This document shows, one piece after another, positions 13,163 through 25,019 of a DNA stretch of 64,000 bases. Numbering within the stretch: the first letter of the stretch is position 1; each line of letters starts with the position of its first letter. The DNA is from Eledone cirrhosa (taxonomy: Eukaryota): assembly GCA_964016885.1 (NCBI GenBank), contig OZ024742.1:228222001-228286000 (forward strand), in the 5' to 3' direction. The notes beneath the pieces are model-generated. The model saw only the letters and a program-made list of their open reading frames with translations. It had not been told where the DNA came from and searched no databases. The translations under genes and the position numbers were made by a program.

Positions 13163-14680
13163 ATGGAAAATGAATTATGGGAGAAACAGGTTAAGATTAA
13201 AACAGAATCCAAAAGGAATGATTATGCTGATGAGGTACTGAAAGAAATAGGAAAAACATCATACCATTGTGATGTCTCTAGTAAATTATTCTCCAAAAAA
13301 TCTCAACTAACTTTTGACAGATATATTCATAGAGGTGAGAAGCTATATCACTGTGACATATGTAGTAAATCATTCTCTGCAAGTAATGACTTTTCTATAC
13401 ACAAATGTACAAGAGAAAAACCATATCACTGTAATATCTGTGGTAAATCATTCTATACTAATACTAACTTGACTTTACACAAACATATTCATACAGGCAA
13501 GAAGCCATTTCACTGTGATATCTGTAGTAAATCATTTTCTCAAGGAAGTAACTTAACTAGACACAAGCGTATTCACACAAAAGAGAAGCCATATCACTGT
13601 GATATTTGTACTAAATCATTCTCTGAAGGAGGCAACTTAACTTTACACAAACGTATTCATACAGGAGAGAAGCCATTTCACTGTGATATCTGTGATAAAT
13701 CATTCTCAGATGGAAGTGCCTTTACTGTACACAAAAGAATTCATTCAGGAGAGAAGCCGTATCACTGTGATATCTGTGGTAAATCATTCTCTCGAAATGC
13801 TGTGTTAACAATACATAAACGTATTCATACAGGTGAGAAGCCATATCACTGTTATATCTGTGGTAAATTATTCTCTACTAATTCATGCTTAATTATACAC
13901 AAACGTATTCATACAGGAGAGACACCATATCACTGTGATATCTGTGGAAAATCATTCTCTATAAATCGAAATTTAACTGTACACACAAATATTCATACTG
14001 GAGAGAAACCATATCACTGTGATATCTGTGGTAAGACATTTTCTGAAAGTGGTAACTTAATTGTGCATAAACGTACTCACACTGGAGAGAAGCCATATCA
14101 CTGTGAAGTCTGTGGTATTTCTTTTTCTAGAAGTAATGATTTAACTAAACACAAGCGTATTCACACAGGAGAGAAGCCATATCACTGTGATATCTGTGGT
14201 AAATCATTTTCTGGAAGTGGTGACTTAACTAAACACAAAAGTATTCATACAGGAGATAAGTTGTATCTCTGTGATATTTGTGGTCAATCATTCTCTCAAG
14301 CAAATACTTTAACTAGACATCGACGTATTCATACAGGAGAAAAGCCATATCATTGTGAAATCTGTGGTAAATCATTCTCTGATAATACTCCCTTAACAAA
14401 TCACATACGTACTCATACAGGAGAGAAGCCATTTCACTGTGATATCTGTGATAAATCTTTTTCTCAAAGTGGGGATTTGACTTGTCACAAACGTGTTCAT
14501 ACAGGTGAAAAACCGTACCACTGCGATATCTGTGGTAAATCATTCTCTAGAAATGGAACCTTAACTATACACAAGCGTATTCATACAGGCGAAAAGCCAT
14601 ATCATTGTGATATCTGTAGTAAATCATTCCCTCAAAGTAGTGACTTAACTAAACACAAACGTATTCATACTGCAGTATAG
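13163..14680 (+). CDS. C2H2 zinc-finger protein A, 505 aa, 2 degenerate plus 15 canonical fingers
   Basis: Uninterrupted ORF of tandem 28-aa [10 protein letters not shown]...[10 protein letters not shown] repeats; short N-terminus with no recognisable effector domain. Confidence 0.95.
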   Translation: MENELWEKQVKIKTESKRNDYADEVLKEIGKTSYHCDVSSKLFSKKSQLTFDRYIHRGEKLYHCDICSKSFSASNDFSIHKCTREKPYHCNICGKSFYTNTNLTLHKHIHTGKKPFHCDICSKSFSQGSNLTRHKRIHTKEKPYHCDICTKSFSEGGNLTLHKRIHTGEKPFHCDICDKSFSDGSAFTVHKRIHSGEKPYHCDICGKSFSRNAVLTIHKRIHTGEKPYHCYICGKLFSTNSCLIIHKRIHTGETPYHCDICGKSFSINRNLTVHTNIHTGEKPYHCDICGKTFSESGNLIVHKRTHTGEKPYHCEVCGISFSRSNDLTKHKRIHTGEKPYHCDICGKSFSGSGDLTKHKSIHTGDKLYLCDICGQSFSQANTLTRHRRIHTGEKPYHCEICGKSFSDNTPLTNHIRTHTGEKPFHCDICDKSFSQSGDLTCHKRVHTGEKPYHCDICGKSFSRNGTLTIHKRIHTGEKPYHCDICSKSFPQSSDLTKHKRIHTAV

Positions 14681-15084
14681 CTTTGAAAAGGAGAGAAGCC
14701 ATAGCCATGTGATATTTGCAATAAAATCTTTCTCTCAAAGTGGTGATTTGACTTCTTGCAAATGTGTTCATACCGGAGAGAAGTCTTGTCATTGATATGT
14801 GATAAATTATTCTCCAAAAAATGTTTTTAGGCACATGTTTGTATTAATAAAGAGTAAGCATATCAATGTCAAAAGCCATTCTACAGAAAAATATTATATA
14901 ACTAAATGGATTCACACGATTATGATATCACTATGTATGATAACCTCCCAGCACTAAATTTTATATAACTACAAATCTTTGTTGGTGAGATAATTTACCA
15001 CTTTGGAAGTTTTTAATAAAATTATTCTTTCACAAAACACATTTGTTTTCCATTTAACATATTTGCAGAAGGTAGAACGAATAT

Positions 15085-15987
15085 CATCATCATCATCATC
15101 ATTTTACGTCCGCTTTTCCCTGCTTGCAAGGGTGGGACGGGTCTTATTCAGCACAGCATCTCTCCACTCGTCATGGTCCCTCGTCATCTCCACCGTGAGC
15201 TTCAATGATCTGAGGTCTGTTCTCACCACCTCCGCCCATGTTTTTCGTGGTCTACCTCTACCACGTCTTCCTTCAACTGGCATTTCCTGGCACTTCTTCA
15301 CCCATCGGTCATCCTCCATGCGCATCACATGTCCATACCACCTCAGTCTCCTCTCCCGTACACTACATTCTATCCCTCTCAGACACAGTTTCTCTCTCAA
15401 CACATTTATGCTGGGTCGTTCACGCACATTTACACTGCACATTCAATGGAGCATGCTTGCCTCATTTCTCTCCAGCCGTCGCATATCCTCTGCGGTTGCT
15501 GCCCATGTCTCACTACCATGCAGCATCGCGCTCCTCACACAGGCATCATACAACCGGCCTTTCGTACGCAGGGAGAAACCCTTCTTCGTCAACAGAGGAA
15601 GCAGCTCCCTAAACTTCTTCCAACCCGTCCTTATTCTAGATACTATGGCCTCGGAACACCCTCCTCCCATGCTAATCTGATCTAGGTACCGGAAGCTATC
15701 CACCACTTCTATAGCGCCCTCTCGCATTTGAAAAATGTGTCTATCAGTGCGACTTCTACTGTCTAATTTCCCTGTACATCTACTGCATACATATTTCTCC
15801 CTACCTGTTAGTTTGCCTGCTATCCCACTACATCTCTTGTGTACCCAGGACCTGCATTGTGTGCATTTTATAGAATTTATGCCAGTTCCTTTTCTGCATA
15901 TCGAACATGGCCATTTCCCTGACGGAATCAGGGTTTTGTCCTCTTTTCTACTCATCAACACTTTTGTCTTAGCTAGATTTACTCTCA
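15085..15987 (-). mobile_element. 5'-truncated RTE LINE with a short 3' tail and a 6-bp target-site duplication
   Basis: RT C-terminal ORFs (15104-15442, 15443-15987) and a (GAT)n tail. GAATAT flanks it at 15079-15084 and 15988-15993. The paralogous site near 51565 is empty. Confidence 0.9.
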
Positions 15988-16099
15988 GAATATGTGCTGT
16001 GAAATGGAGGAAAACGTCAGCCAGACTCCTTTCAGGCAAACAGTAAAGATATTAGCTTTTCTGTATAGGTGGAGTAGGCATTTTGCTCTATGAAGGCTT

Positions 16100-16790
16100 C
16101 TTAATAGATAAACTCAAATAACAGATGGCAGCAACTTCATCATCCTGGCTGGTGATTTCAATATACATTCTGGACAACATGAGGATGGATACTCTGGATT
16201 GCATGGTGGCTATGGATATGGCTTAAGAAATGAGGTGGGATCAAGGTATTTATTTGTGACACTAAAACACCTTTCTCATAGAAGAATGCACTACCAAACA
16301 TAAGTTAGTAACAGCAGAATAAGATGTAATCATAAATGGAGGAGGGTGTGGAAGTTAAATGACCACCCTGTTAAATATAGATTCAGAAAACCTCTTCGTG
16401 ATGTATATGATGAACAGGAGGAGTTGTATGACATGGACGATTTAAAGTTTCTACAGAACAATCTATACTAGAGGCCATTGATAAGACTTGTGATTTGAGC
16501 AAGGTACCAGACAAATGAAGGGTGACCTGGTGGCATAACAACACTGTAGACAGAGCCATTAAAGCTAAGAAATAGGCAAAAAAAGAGTGGAAGAATAGGG
16601 TAACAAAAAGCAATGTTACTGGTAATGCCAGTAGAAGTTTCAGAAAAGTTTGGGCAGATGGTTAGAGCTGATTTCATGACATTGAACCTCACGGCAGAGA
16701 TATAGGAATGCTAAGGGAGACAATGCTGCAAAGAACCCATCAAACTCATTCCTGCTTAGAAGAGCAGACATGAAATGATGATGATAATAT
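16100..16790 (+). mobile_element. Highly degenerate RTE fragments (APE and linker region)
   Basis: IILAGDFN and HGGYGYG..RNE remnants, VTWWHNNTVDRAIKAKK, and a (GAT)n tail. Confidence 0.6.
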
Positions 16791-17124
16791 ATATAAAGCA
16801 TGACAACCTCACTATTGTGCCATAATAAAATGAACCCTGTGCATTTGGTAAAGTGCAGGAATGTATATAAGATCCTGGTCCCCCCCCCCCCCCCCCCCCC
16901 AGCAAGTCAAAGATCCCAATTACTCTGATTAATTACTGACTTGGTTTGTAACAACCCATTAAACCATTAAACCAGGGCTGGATCAATCATTAAGCATCAA
17001 GAGAAATGAGGTACCATAGATTTACCATGGACCATATAGTGTAGATGAGCCATTGGGACCAACAACAAATAAATATATATATTAAAAAATATGCCTCGAC
17101 ATCATCATCCAGGAGCTAAGTTGA

Positions 17125-17453
17125 AACTTTGATATCTGTGGTCAGTTATTCTCATACAAATGCCTTAACTAGACATAAATGCATTTATATAGAAGAAAAA
17201 CCATATCATTGTGATATCTTTAGAAAATCATTTTCTAATAAAACTCATTTAAAAGATCACATCCACATTCATACAGGAGACGGACCATATCTCTGTGGCA
17301 TTTGTGGAAAATCTTTCTCTCACAGTGGTGACTTGATTCGTCACAAACACCTGATACAGGAGAGAAGTGATGTCACTGACATCTGTGGCAAATCATTTTC
17401 TAGCGGCGTTCACAATCGCATTCATACAGGAAAAAAGCTATATCACTGTGATA
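17125..17453 (+). pseudogene. C2H2 ZNF pseudogene fragment, paralog of the gene ending at 352
   Basis: [30 protein letters not shown]...KSFSSGVHNRIHTGKKLYHCD. Damaged fingers, small indels, truncated at both ends. Confidence 0.85.
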
Positions 17454-17486
17454 AATTAAGCTATAATTTGATTGGTTTATATTTTG

Positions 17487-17528
<42 letters not shown>

Positions 17529-17619
17529 CGCTTTACCATGTCGGTTGTCACAAACAGTCATGACCGGCATGGGCTGGTGTTTGGATTCTGTTGATCGATT
17601 GGTTATTGATTAGGCGATA

Positions 17620-17729
17620 CCAGCTGATGAAGCCGCATAAGCCGATTGTGCATTGTTGCATAATATATGCAGACAGATGGTGCAGTGCACCTTACTGCTG
17701 CATTAGTGCGGCAGAAACTCAAGTCCGGG
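17620..17729 (+). ncRNA. Type I hammerhead ribozyme motif with large stem II, in a ~350 bp element (17527-17876) flanked by (TA)n
   Basis: CCAG-CTGATGA-A-GCCGCA...TGCGGC-A-GAAA-CTCAAG-TC-CGGG. GUC triplet; one mismatch in stem I and an A-A opposition at the base of stem II. Confidence 0.65.
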
Positions 17730-17871
17730 AACCTTATAGGCACCCGTTTTACGTGTGTTGTGTTGAGGCAAATAACTATGTGTATACTCTGGTAATGTAT
17801 CTTACATTGCCCATGGAGTGTGCCGAGATACAACCGGTACTGGCATTGATAAATATGATGGGTCCGTCAAC

Positions 17872-17911
<40 letters not shown>

Positions 17912-18069
17912 CATCATCACCCCTTCCTACCTCAGTTTGTCATCACCTCTTCCTTCCTCACTCATCTCTAGTTTGTGACAGACAAATACACAAGCATATT
18001 ATATCTTAGTAGATATATATATATACATATATATTTTATATATATATATATATTTTATATATATATATA

Positions 18070-18134
<65 letters not shown>

Positions 18135-18165
18135 TATATATATAAACATATATTATATATATATA

Positions 18166-18699
18166 AAAAAACCTGGGACGATCTGATAAATTCCTACCTT
18201 ACACACTTGCACCACTCTAAGACAATGTCACTGGACTGAGATCTTTGGCGCTACGCAGTAATACAGAAGACCCGCCTTGCCTATGTACAAAGCAAAACCT
18301 ACAGTCAGTAGGCACCTCTTAACCAAATATACACCCCAATCCACTACCCCTACTCTATCCTCCCACTCCCACCAACACCACCCTCTCTCTGTAAAGTTGG
18401 TACCACAACATCCAGTCCAAATAAATGAAATAATGAGATCGAGATTGTGTAGGTGTCACGACAAAAAAACACACAGTCCACGCTGTAATGTGGCTGTGTA
18501 GGTAGCACGGTAAAAAGTTCCCAGTTCCACACTGTAAATGTGGTTGGTGTTAGGGAGGGCATCCAGCCGTAGAAAACCTGCCAGATAGTCCTATATGAGC
18601 GAGACACGGTCACCCGACCAACCTTACCTCAAGTGGGACAACTCCCGTCTAACCCATGCTAAGCGTGGAAGATGGACATTAAACAACAATGATGATGAT
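18166..18699 (+). mobile_element. RTE LINE 3' end
   Basis: Matches 21825-22266 and 47250-47758; (GAT)n tail; flanked by (TA)n. Confidence 0.85.
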
Positions 18700-18802
18700 T
18701 ATATATATACATATACATACATACATATTATATATATATACATAGATATTATATATATATACATAGATATTATATATATATACATAGATATTATATATAT
18801 AT

Positions 18803-18863
<61 letters not shown>

Positions 18864-18908
18864 TATACAATGAAAAAATGGCGTGCTGCGTTGTTACGAG
18901 TGTGATAC

Positions 18909-18953
18909 ATATGAATGAAAATAGACCGAGAAACGGTCTATTTTCATTCATAT
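18909..18953. repeat. Perfect 20-bp-arm palindrome with a one-sided ~40 bp unique extension (18868-18908), inside (TA)n
   Basis: ATATGAATGAAAATAGACCG-AGAAA-CGGTCTATTTTCATTCATAT. Confidence 0.9.
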
Positions 18954-19022
18954 ATATACATATATATTATATATATATACATATATATATTATATATATA
19001 TACATATATATTATATATATAT

Positions 19023-19069
<47 letters not shown>

Positions 19070-19113
19070 TATATATATATACATATATATTATATATATA
19101 TACATATATATTA

Positions 19114-19146
<33 letters not shown>

Positions 19147-19474
19147 TATATATATATATACATATATATTATATATATATATATACATATATATTATATA
19201 TATACATATATATTATTAGATAAAATATATACCATTTCTTCTCCCAAATAGCATAATTAACCATATAAAAAATCAATTAAACCAAGCTATAAGAATAAAG
19301 GCTCTTATGAAGAAATCTCCGACAAATAACCGAAAGTAGCCTCTTCGCGGTGGCCCCAATAGAGTATTTATCCAACATTTCGACAGCATGTAGAAACTGA
19401 CTAAATATACCATCAACCATACACAATTAGGTGTAAATTCAAACTTAGAAGAAATGTGTACATACTGTAATTAT

Positions 19475-19552
19475 ATCTCTACCATGGTTTCATCCGTATT
19501 TTTAGACATCCAATTAATAGGAAATGTCCAGAGTTAGGATTCATCAGGAGAC
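19475..19552 (-). ncRNA. Type I hammerhead ribozyme motif, in element ~19215-19560
   Basis: Minus strand reads GTCTC-CTGATGA-ATCC...GGAT-GAAA-CCATGG-TA-GAGAT. Complete core, GUA triplet, palindromic stem III. Confidence 0.85.
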
Positions 19553-19727
19553 AAACTCATATATATTATATATATACATATATATTATATATATACATAT
19601 ATATTATATATATACATTTATACATGTATATTATATATATAGATATATATTATATATATACATATATATTATATATATATATATATTATATATTTATATA
19701 CATATATATTATATATATATATATACA

Positions 19728-19758
<31 letters not shown>

Positions 19759-19994
19759 CATATATATTATATATATATATACATATATATTATATATATA
19801 TATATATATTATATTTAATACATTAACAGAGAAAGCTTTAAGCAATACTCCGACCGGCTTCCGTCTCACTCAACAAACATTAGGATATACCTTAGTATAA
19901 TCCCAATTATACGTTTGGGGTGCTAACTATACGTATTTTACGGATAGCCAGTTGTATTATTTTATATGAGACATAATTAAAATACATCTCTCTT

Positions 19995-20116
19995 TCCAAA
20001 CGATTGTTTCATTATAAGTTTTCTACAAATTGGGAAAATAATGTCCTGGTTATGTAGAAGCCTACACATAGTCCGTAGGAATATATGTAGGTGGGCACTT
20101 ATAAATCATCAGTGGA
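19995..20116 (-). ncRNA. Type I hammerhead ribozyme motif with branched stem II, in element ~19815-20250
   Basis: Minus strand reads TCCA-CTGATGA-T-TTATAAGT...ACTTATAA-T-GAAA-CAATCG-TT-TGGA. Two hairpins lie inside stem II; U-U at its base. Confidence 0.7.
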
Positions 20117-20253
20117 TGCCCGACAAATATCGATATAAAAAAAACCTTACCGATATTAATGTCCAGCGATGGTACCCCTCCGTGCTAGAATGACCGCCAA
20201 ATTTGAAATTCCAGCAGTCTCACAATGAGAAATATCACACTGCCATCATTATA

Positions 20254-22266
20254 TATGAGGAGAATAAATGGGAAAAAGATAGTCTGCCTCAAATCGATCC
20301 AATAGAAGGACCAGCGGTGCAAGTTGAAGGTAGTATAATAAGTAAGGCAATCAAAGATATGAAGACAGGCAAGGCAGCTGGACCTTTGGAGATAGTTGCT
20401 GAGATGTTGAAGGCATCTGGTGGGACACACTATGGTCACCCGTATAGTTAACCAAGTAATACAGAATGGGGTCATACCGAAAGACTGGCGTAGCAGCATC
20501 ATCATTAACTGCTACAAGGGTAAAGGGGATGCTCTAGATAGGGGAAACTATAGAGGCATTAAGTTAGTTGACCAGGTCATGAAGGTCACAGAAAGAGTTA
20601 TAGCGCAACTAATCAGAGAGCGAATTGATCTAGATGAAATGCAGTTTGGGTTTGTGTCAAGTAAAAGTACCACAGACGCTCTTTTCCTTGTACGACAACT
20701 ACAAGAGAAGTACCTAGCTAAAAGTAAACCCCTCTACTTAGCTTTTGTAGACCTGGAGAAAGCTTTTGACAGAGTCCCCGCTCCATTATCTGGTGGGCTC
20801 TTAGAAAACTATGTGTAGATGAATGGCTTGTGAGAGCTATACAAGCTATGTTAGAATTAACAATGAATATTGTGAAGAATTTAGTGTAAAAGTTGGCGTT
20901 CATCAAGGCTCTGTCCTTAGCCCCCTCTTATTTATTATTGCCCTTCAGGCTATAACAGGAGTTCAAGACCGGCTGCCCATGGGAACTCCTATACGCAGAT
21001 AATCTAACGCTCATAGCTGAATGAATGGCTGAACTAGAGAAGAAATTCCAAACATGGAAGCATAGTCTAGAATCAAAAGGCCTTAAAGTTAACTTGTCTA
21101 AGACTAAAGTTCTAGTTTGTAGAAAGGAAAATAGGGCACAGATGCCCTCAGGGAAATGGCCATGCTCAGTGTGTAGGAAAGGAGTAGGCAGAAATTCCAT
21201 TTTATGTCCCAAATGCAAAGTATGGGTACATAAAAGATGTAGTGGGATCACAGGTAAACTAAGAACGTAGACTTTATATGTGGCCAATGCTCAGGTGCAA
21301 TAAGTAGCAAGTGTCCAAAGGATACTAGCTCCTTCTCTTGCCCAGATGGTTCTATAGAAATAGTAGACACTTTCCGTGACCTGGGTGACGAAATCAGCAG
21401 TGGTGGAGGGTGCTCTGAAAGTACAGTAGCCAGAGTCAGAACGGGATGGAAAAAGTTCAGAGAGCTTATACCGCTGTTGGCCACAAAAGGTTTCTCTCTA
21501 AAAATGAAAGGCAGATTGTATGATGCCTGAATGCGAACAGCAATGCTACCTGGCAATGAGACATAGGCATTACGTGCAGAAGACCTGCGTAGACTGGAAA
21601 GGAACGAAGCATGCATGCTCCGTTGGATATGTAATAGTAATATACGTGAACAGCAAAGCATAAATGAACTAAGTGAGAAATTAGGAATAAGAGGGATCAG
21701 ATGCTATTTACTTGAGAGAAGACTACGTTGGTATGGTCACGTGATGCACATGAAAGACGACAGCTGCATAAAAAAGTGCAGGGCGATCAAAATTGATGGT
21801 AGTTACGGAGTAGGTAGACCCAGAAAAACTTGGGATGATCTGATAGATTCCGACCTTACACACTTACATCTCTAAGACAATGTCACTGGACCGAGATCTT
21901 TGACGCTACGCAGTAATACAGAAGACCCGCCTTGCCTATGTACAAAGCGAAACCTACAGTCAGTAAGCACCTCTTAACACCCCAATCCACTACCCCTACC
22001 CTATCCTCCCACTCCCACCAACAGCACGAGATAATGAGATCGTGTAGGTGTCACGACAAAAAACACACAGTCCACGCGGTAAAAAGTTCCCAGTTCCACA
22101 CTAAATGTGGTTGGTGTTAGGAAGGGCTTTCAGCCGTAGAAAACCTGCCAGATAGTCCTATATGAGCGAGACACGGTCACCCGACCAACCTTGCCTCAAG
22201 TGGGACAACTCCCGTCTAACCCATGCTAGCGTGGAAAATGGACGTTAAACGAAGATGATGATGATG
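20254..22266 (+). mobile_element. Degenerate 5'-truncated RTE LINE
   Basis: RT fragments (NYRGIKL, FVDLEKAFDRVP, WELLYADN, PHD-like finger) with stops and frameshifts; (GAT)n tail; same subfamily as 44898-47758. Confidence 0.92.
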
Positions 22267-22443
22267 GTCATATACATATATATTATATATATATATATAT
22301 ACATATATATTATATATATATACATATATATTATATATGTATATATATATATAATATATATACTGCCACGTCACAGTTCTTAGCCATTTTGAATTCGTTT
22401 CTGGCGGGCATCATTTAAGAAATATCTTTGTCCAAGTGAGTTT

Positions 22444-22524
22444 GTTTCCTGATGAGTTCGAAGCTCGAGAATTTATCCTTGATAGGATATTTCCAAAAGC
22501 GAACGAAACCCTAAGGGTAGAAAC
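22444..22524 (+). ncRNA. Type I hammerhead ribozyme motif, in element ~22364-22800
   Basis: GTTTC-CTGATGA-GTTCG...CGAAC-GAAA-CCC-TAA-GGG-TA-GAAAC. Canonical core, all three stems perfectly paired, GUA triplet. Confidence 0.92.
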
Positions 22525-22887
22525 GTAATCCTGGTATGTGTATATGCATTTTTTCTTCTAACTTTAATTTTATACCTAATTGTGTATGGTTGACGGTATA
22601 TTTAATCGATTTCCATGTGCTATTGAAATGTTGGGTAAATATTCTATAGCGGTTGATCGCTGTCGTTTATCTACTATTTCTTCATAGGTGCCTTTTAATC
22701 TCATAGCCTGGTTTAATTGGTTTTTTGTGTGGTTGATTATGCTAATTGGGAGAGGAAATGGTGTATATATATTATCAAATGATTCTATGGACATACTTTA
22801 TAGTATATATTATATATATATATATACACATATATGTATACATATATATATATTATATATAGTATATATTATATATATATATACGTA

Positions 22888-22927
<40 letters not shown>

Positions 22928-22983
22928 CATACATATATATTATATATATATATACATATATATATATATACATACATATATAT

Positions 22984-23015
<32 letters not shown>

Positions 23016-23351
23016 CATACATACATATACACACATATACATATATATACATATATATATACATATATATACATATATATATACATATATATAGACATAT
23101 ATATATACATATATATATAATATATATATATACATATATATACACATATATATATATATAATATATATAATATATATATATATAATATATATATATAATA
23201 TATATATATTGTTATACTTTGGGAGGGTCATATTGCCAATAAGAAACACACGCACCAGTTGCTTTCACTTCAATTTATTATAATAAATTTATAAATTTAG
23301 GAATTTATAAATTTCCGGTTGGTTCCACAACCAGATGGTTGTTTATATATT

Positions 23352-23394
23352 GTCAAAGTTCTTTCGTCACACATTCTGTGACCTCTTCAGTGAC
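23352..23394 (-). ncRNA. Minimal hammerhead motif in the left pseudo-LTR
   Basis: Minus strand reads GTCA-CTGAAGA-G-GTCACA-GAATG-TGTGAC-GAAA-GAAC-TT-TGAC. Confidence 0.8.
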
Positions 23395-23546
23395 TGGGGA
23401 TTCTTTTCTTTGTTTTAGTGCCTCTCCTTTGTTCTGTCCTACGCCATCTTGTTTCTGTGTATGTGTTGTGTGCTCAGTCTGCGCATGCGCCACATCTGGG
23501 TGTCTGTGTGTGTTTATATTCGTTTATTTATTTGTTTATTTACATG

Positions 23547-24250
23547 TTACTGGTTGCTTGTTTGTTCTATGTGCGTGTGTGTTTTCATTTTGTCCTTAAT
23601 TGTAAGTTGTGATGTTGCTTTCCACTCATGTTTTCTATTTAATTTTGGTTGTAATTCTTTTATGTTTATTGCCTCTGTGATTTGTCTAAACATTGCGTCT
23701 TTTCTGTGTGTAGATTCTATTTTTATTTCTATGTTCTCTAATTTACCCTTATGTTCTATTTTAACATGTTGGTAGAGTACAGATGATTCTTTACTATCTT
23801 GAAGGTCTCGCCAGTGTTCATTTATCCGTTCCCCTACACTACGAGCTGTCTCAGCTATGTACACTATATTTTTATCTCTACATTGTCCTTCAGTACATCT
23901 TATGCTATATACTACATTTCTAGTTTTACAGTTAATATGGGGGCTTAATTTACAGGTTATACATTTCTTATCTATACAGGGGGGTCTTTGAAAAGGGTAT
24001 GTCTTGCTAATAAGTGTTTTTATGGAGGTACCTGGTCTTTCTACTAAATATTGAGTTTATGTTTATCTAGGGCCCTTCTAAATTTGTAAGCTAATTCACC
24101 TCTAGGGGTTGTATCGATGAACATTACACTCTGGTATTTATTGCTATCATACCATGAGTTTATTCTATTAGCCTTATTCCTAGTTCTTTCTATTCTATTC
24201 CAAAATTTGCTCCTATACAAGGGGCAGGTCCCATTTGTGTCATTATTTAC
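23547..24250 (-). pseudogene. PLE ORF C-terminus: linker, Cys-rich finger, GIY-YIG endonuclease (one frameshift near 24045)
   Basis: PLYRSKFWNRIER...SVMFIDTTPRGELA...CIDKKCITC...CKTRNVVYSIRC...VYIAETARSVGERINEH...RQITEAINI...LNRKHEW. Confidence 0.88.
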
Positions 24251-24253
24251 GTC

Positions 24254-24986
24254 CCGAGTTTACACCAACACCATCAACACCGATGTAAGAAGATTACAGC
24301 TCACCAAAAAGCAAGCAGATAGGCTAAAACGAACACTAATTCTAAACATAAAAAAGAAGATCTATAGAGAATTAAGTCATCAAGAAAAACATAAGCGTAA
24401 CCTAATACAAGAAATAATTAAGATCACCACACCAAGAGGAAAACTAATATTTATAAACCTTATACGTCCTGAAGAACAGTACATTGTTCAAGAATGTGAT
24501 AAGCACTTTAACAAGAAACTAAAGTGGCTTAAACAGATAAAACTAAATCAAGATACTGTAGAGAATATCAATAGATATCCCGAAATAAATATGGCCGACA
24601 TCTCATTAACAGATGAGTTCAACAACAACAACACAAATATATACGGCAACACTACGGTCGACTCTGATGAATTATCTGTATTACAACTGCCGCCTAGGTA
24701 TGCCACATTCAATAAGGTAAATATGATTAGATGTTTGTCAGAAATAGAAAAATCATTTACAAAATTACGTTGGAGCCTCAAAAACAAAAACAAAAGTAAC
24801 ATACACACACACATATACAACACACATCCCAACAACAACAGACACACAGACACAAACAACAATAACAACAACACACACATCAACAATAATAACATACTCA
24901 GAAACAACAACAACAAACACGCAGATACAAACAACAATAATAACATACACGGAGACAACAACAACAACACACAACAACAGCACACA

Positions 24987-25019
<33 letters not shown>

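Noticed and set aside
15003-15685. Plus-strand ORFs of 118-225 aa, and similar antisense ORFs over other RTEs
   Set aside because: They are antisense frames of RTE RT sequence.
16880-16900. Poly-C run (G-quadruplex potential on the minus strand)
   Set aside because: A simple homopolymer with no supporting context.
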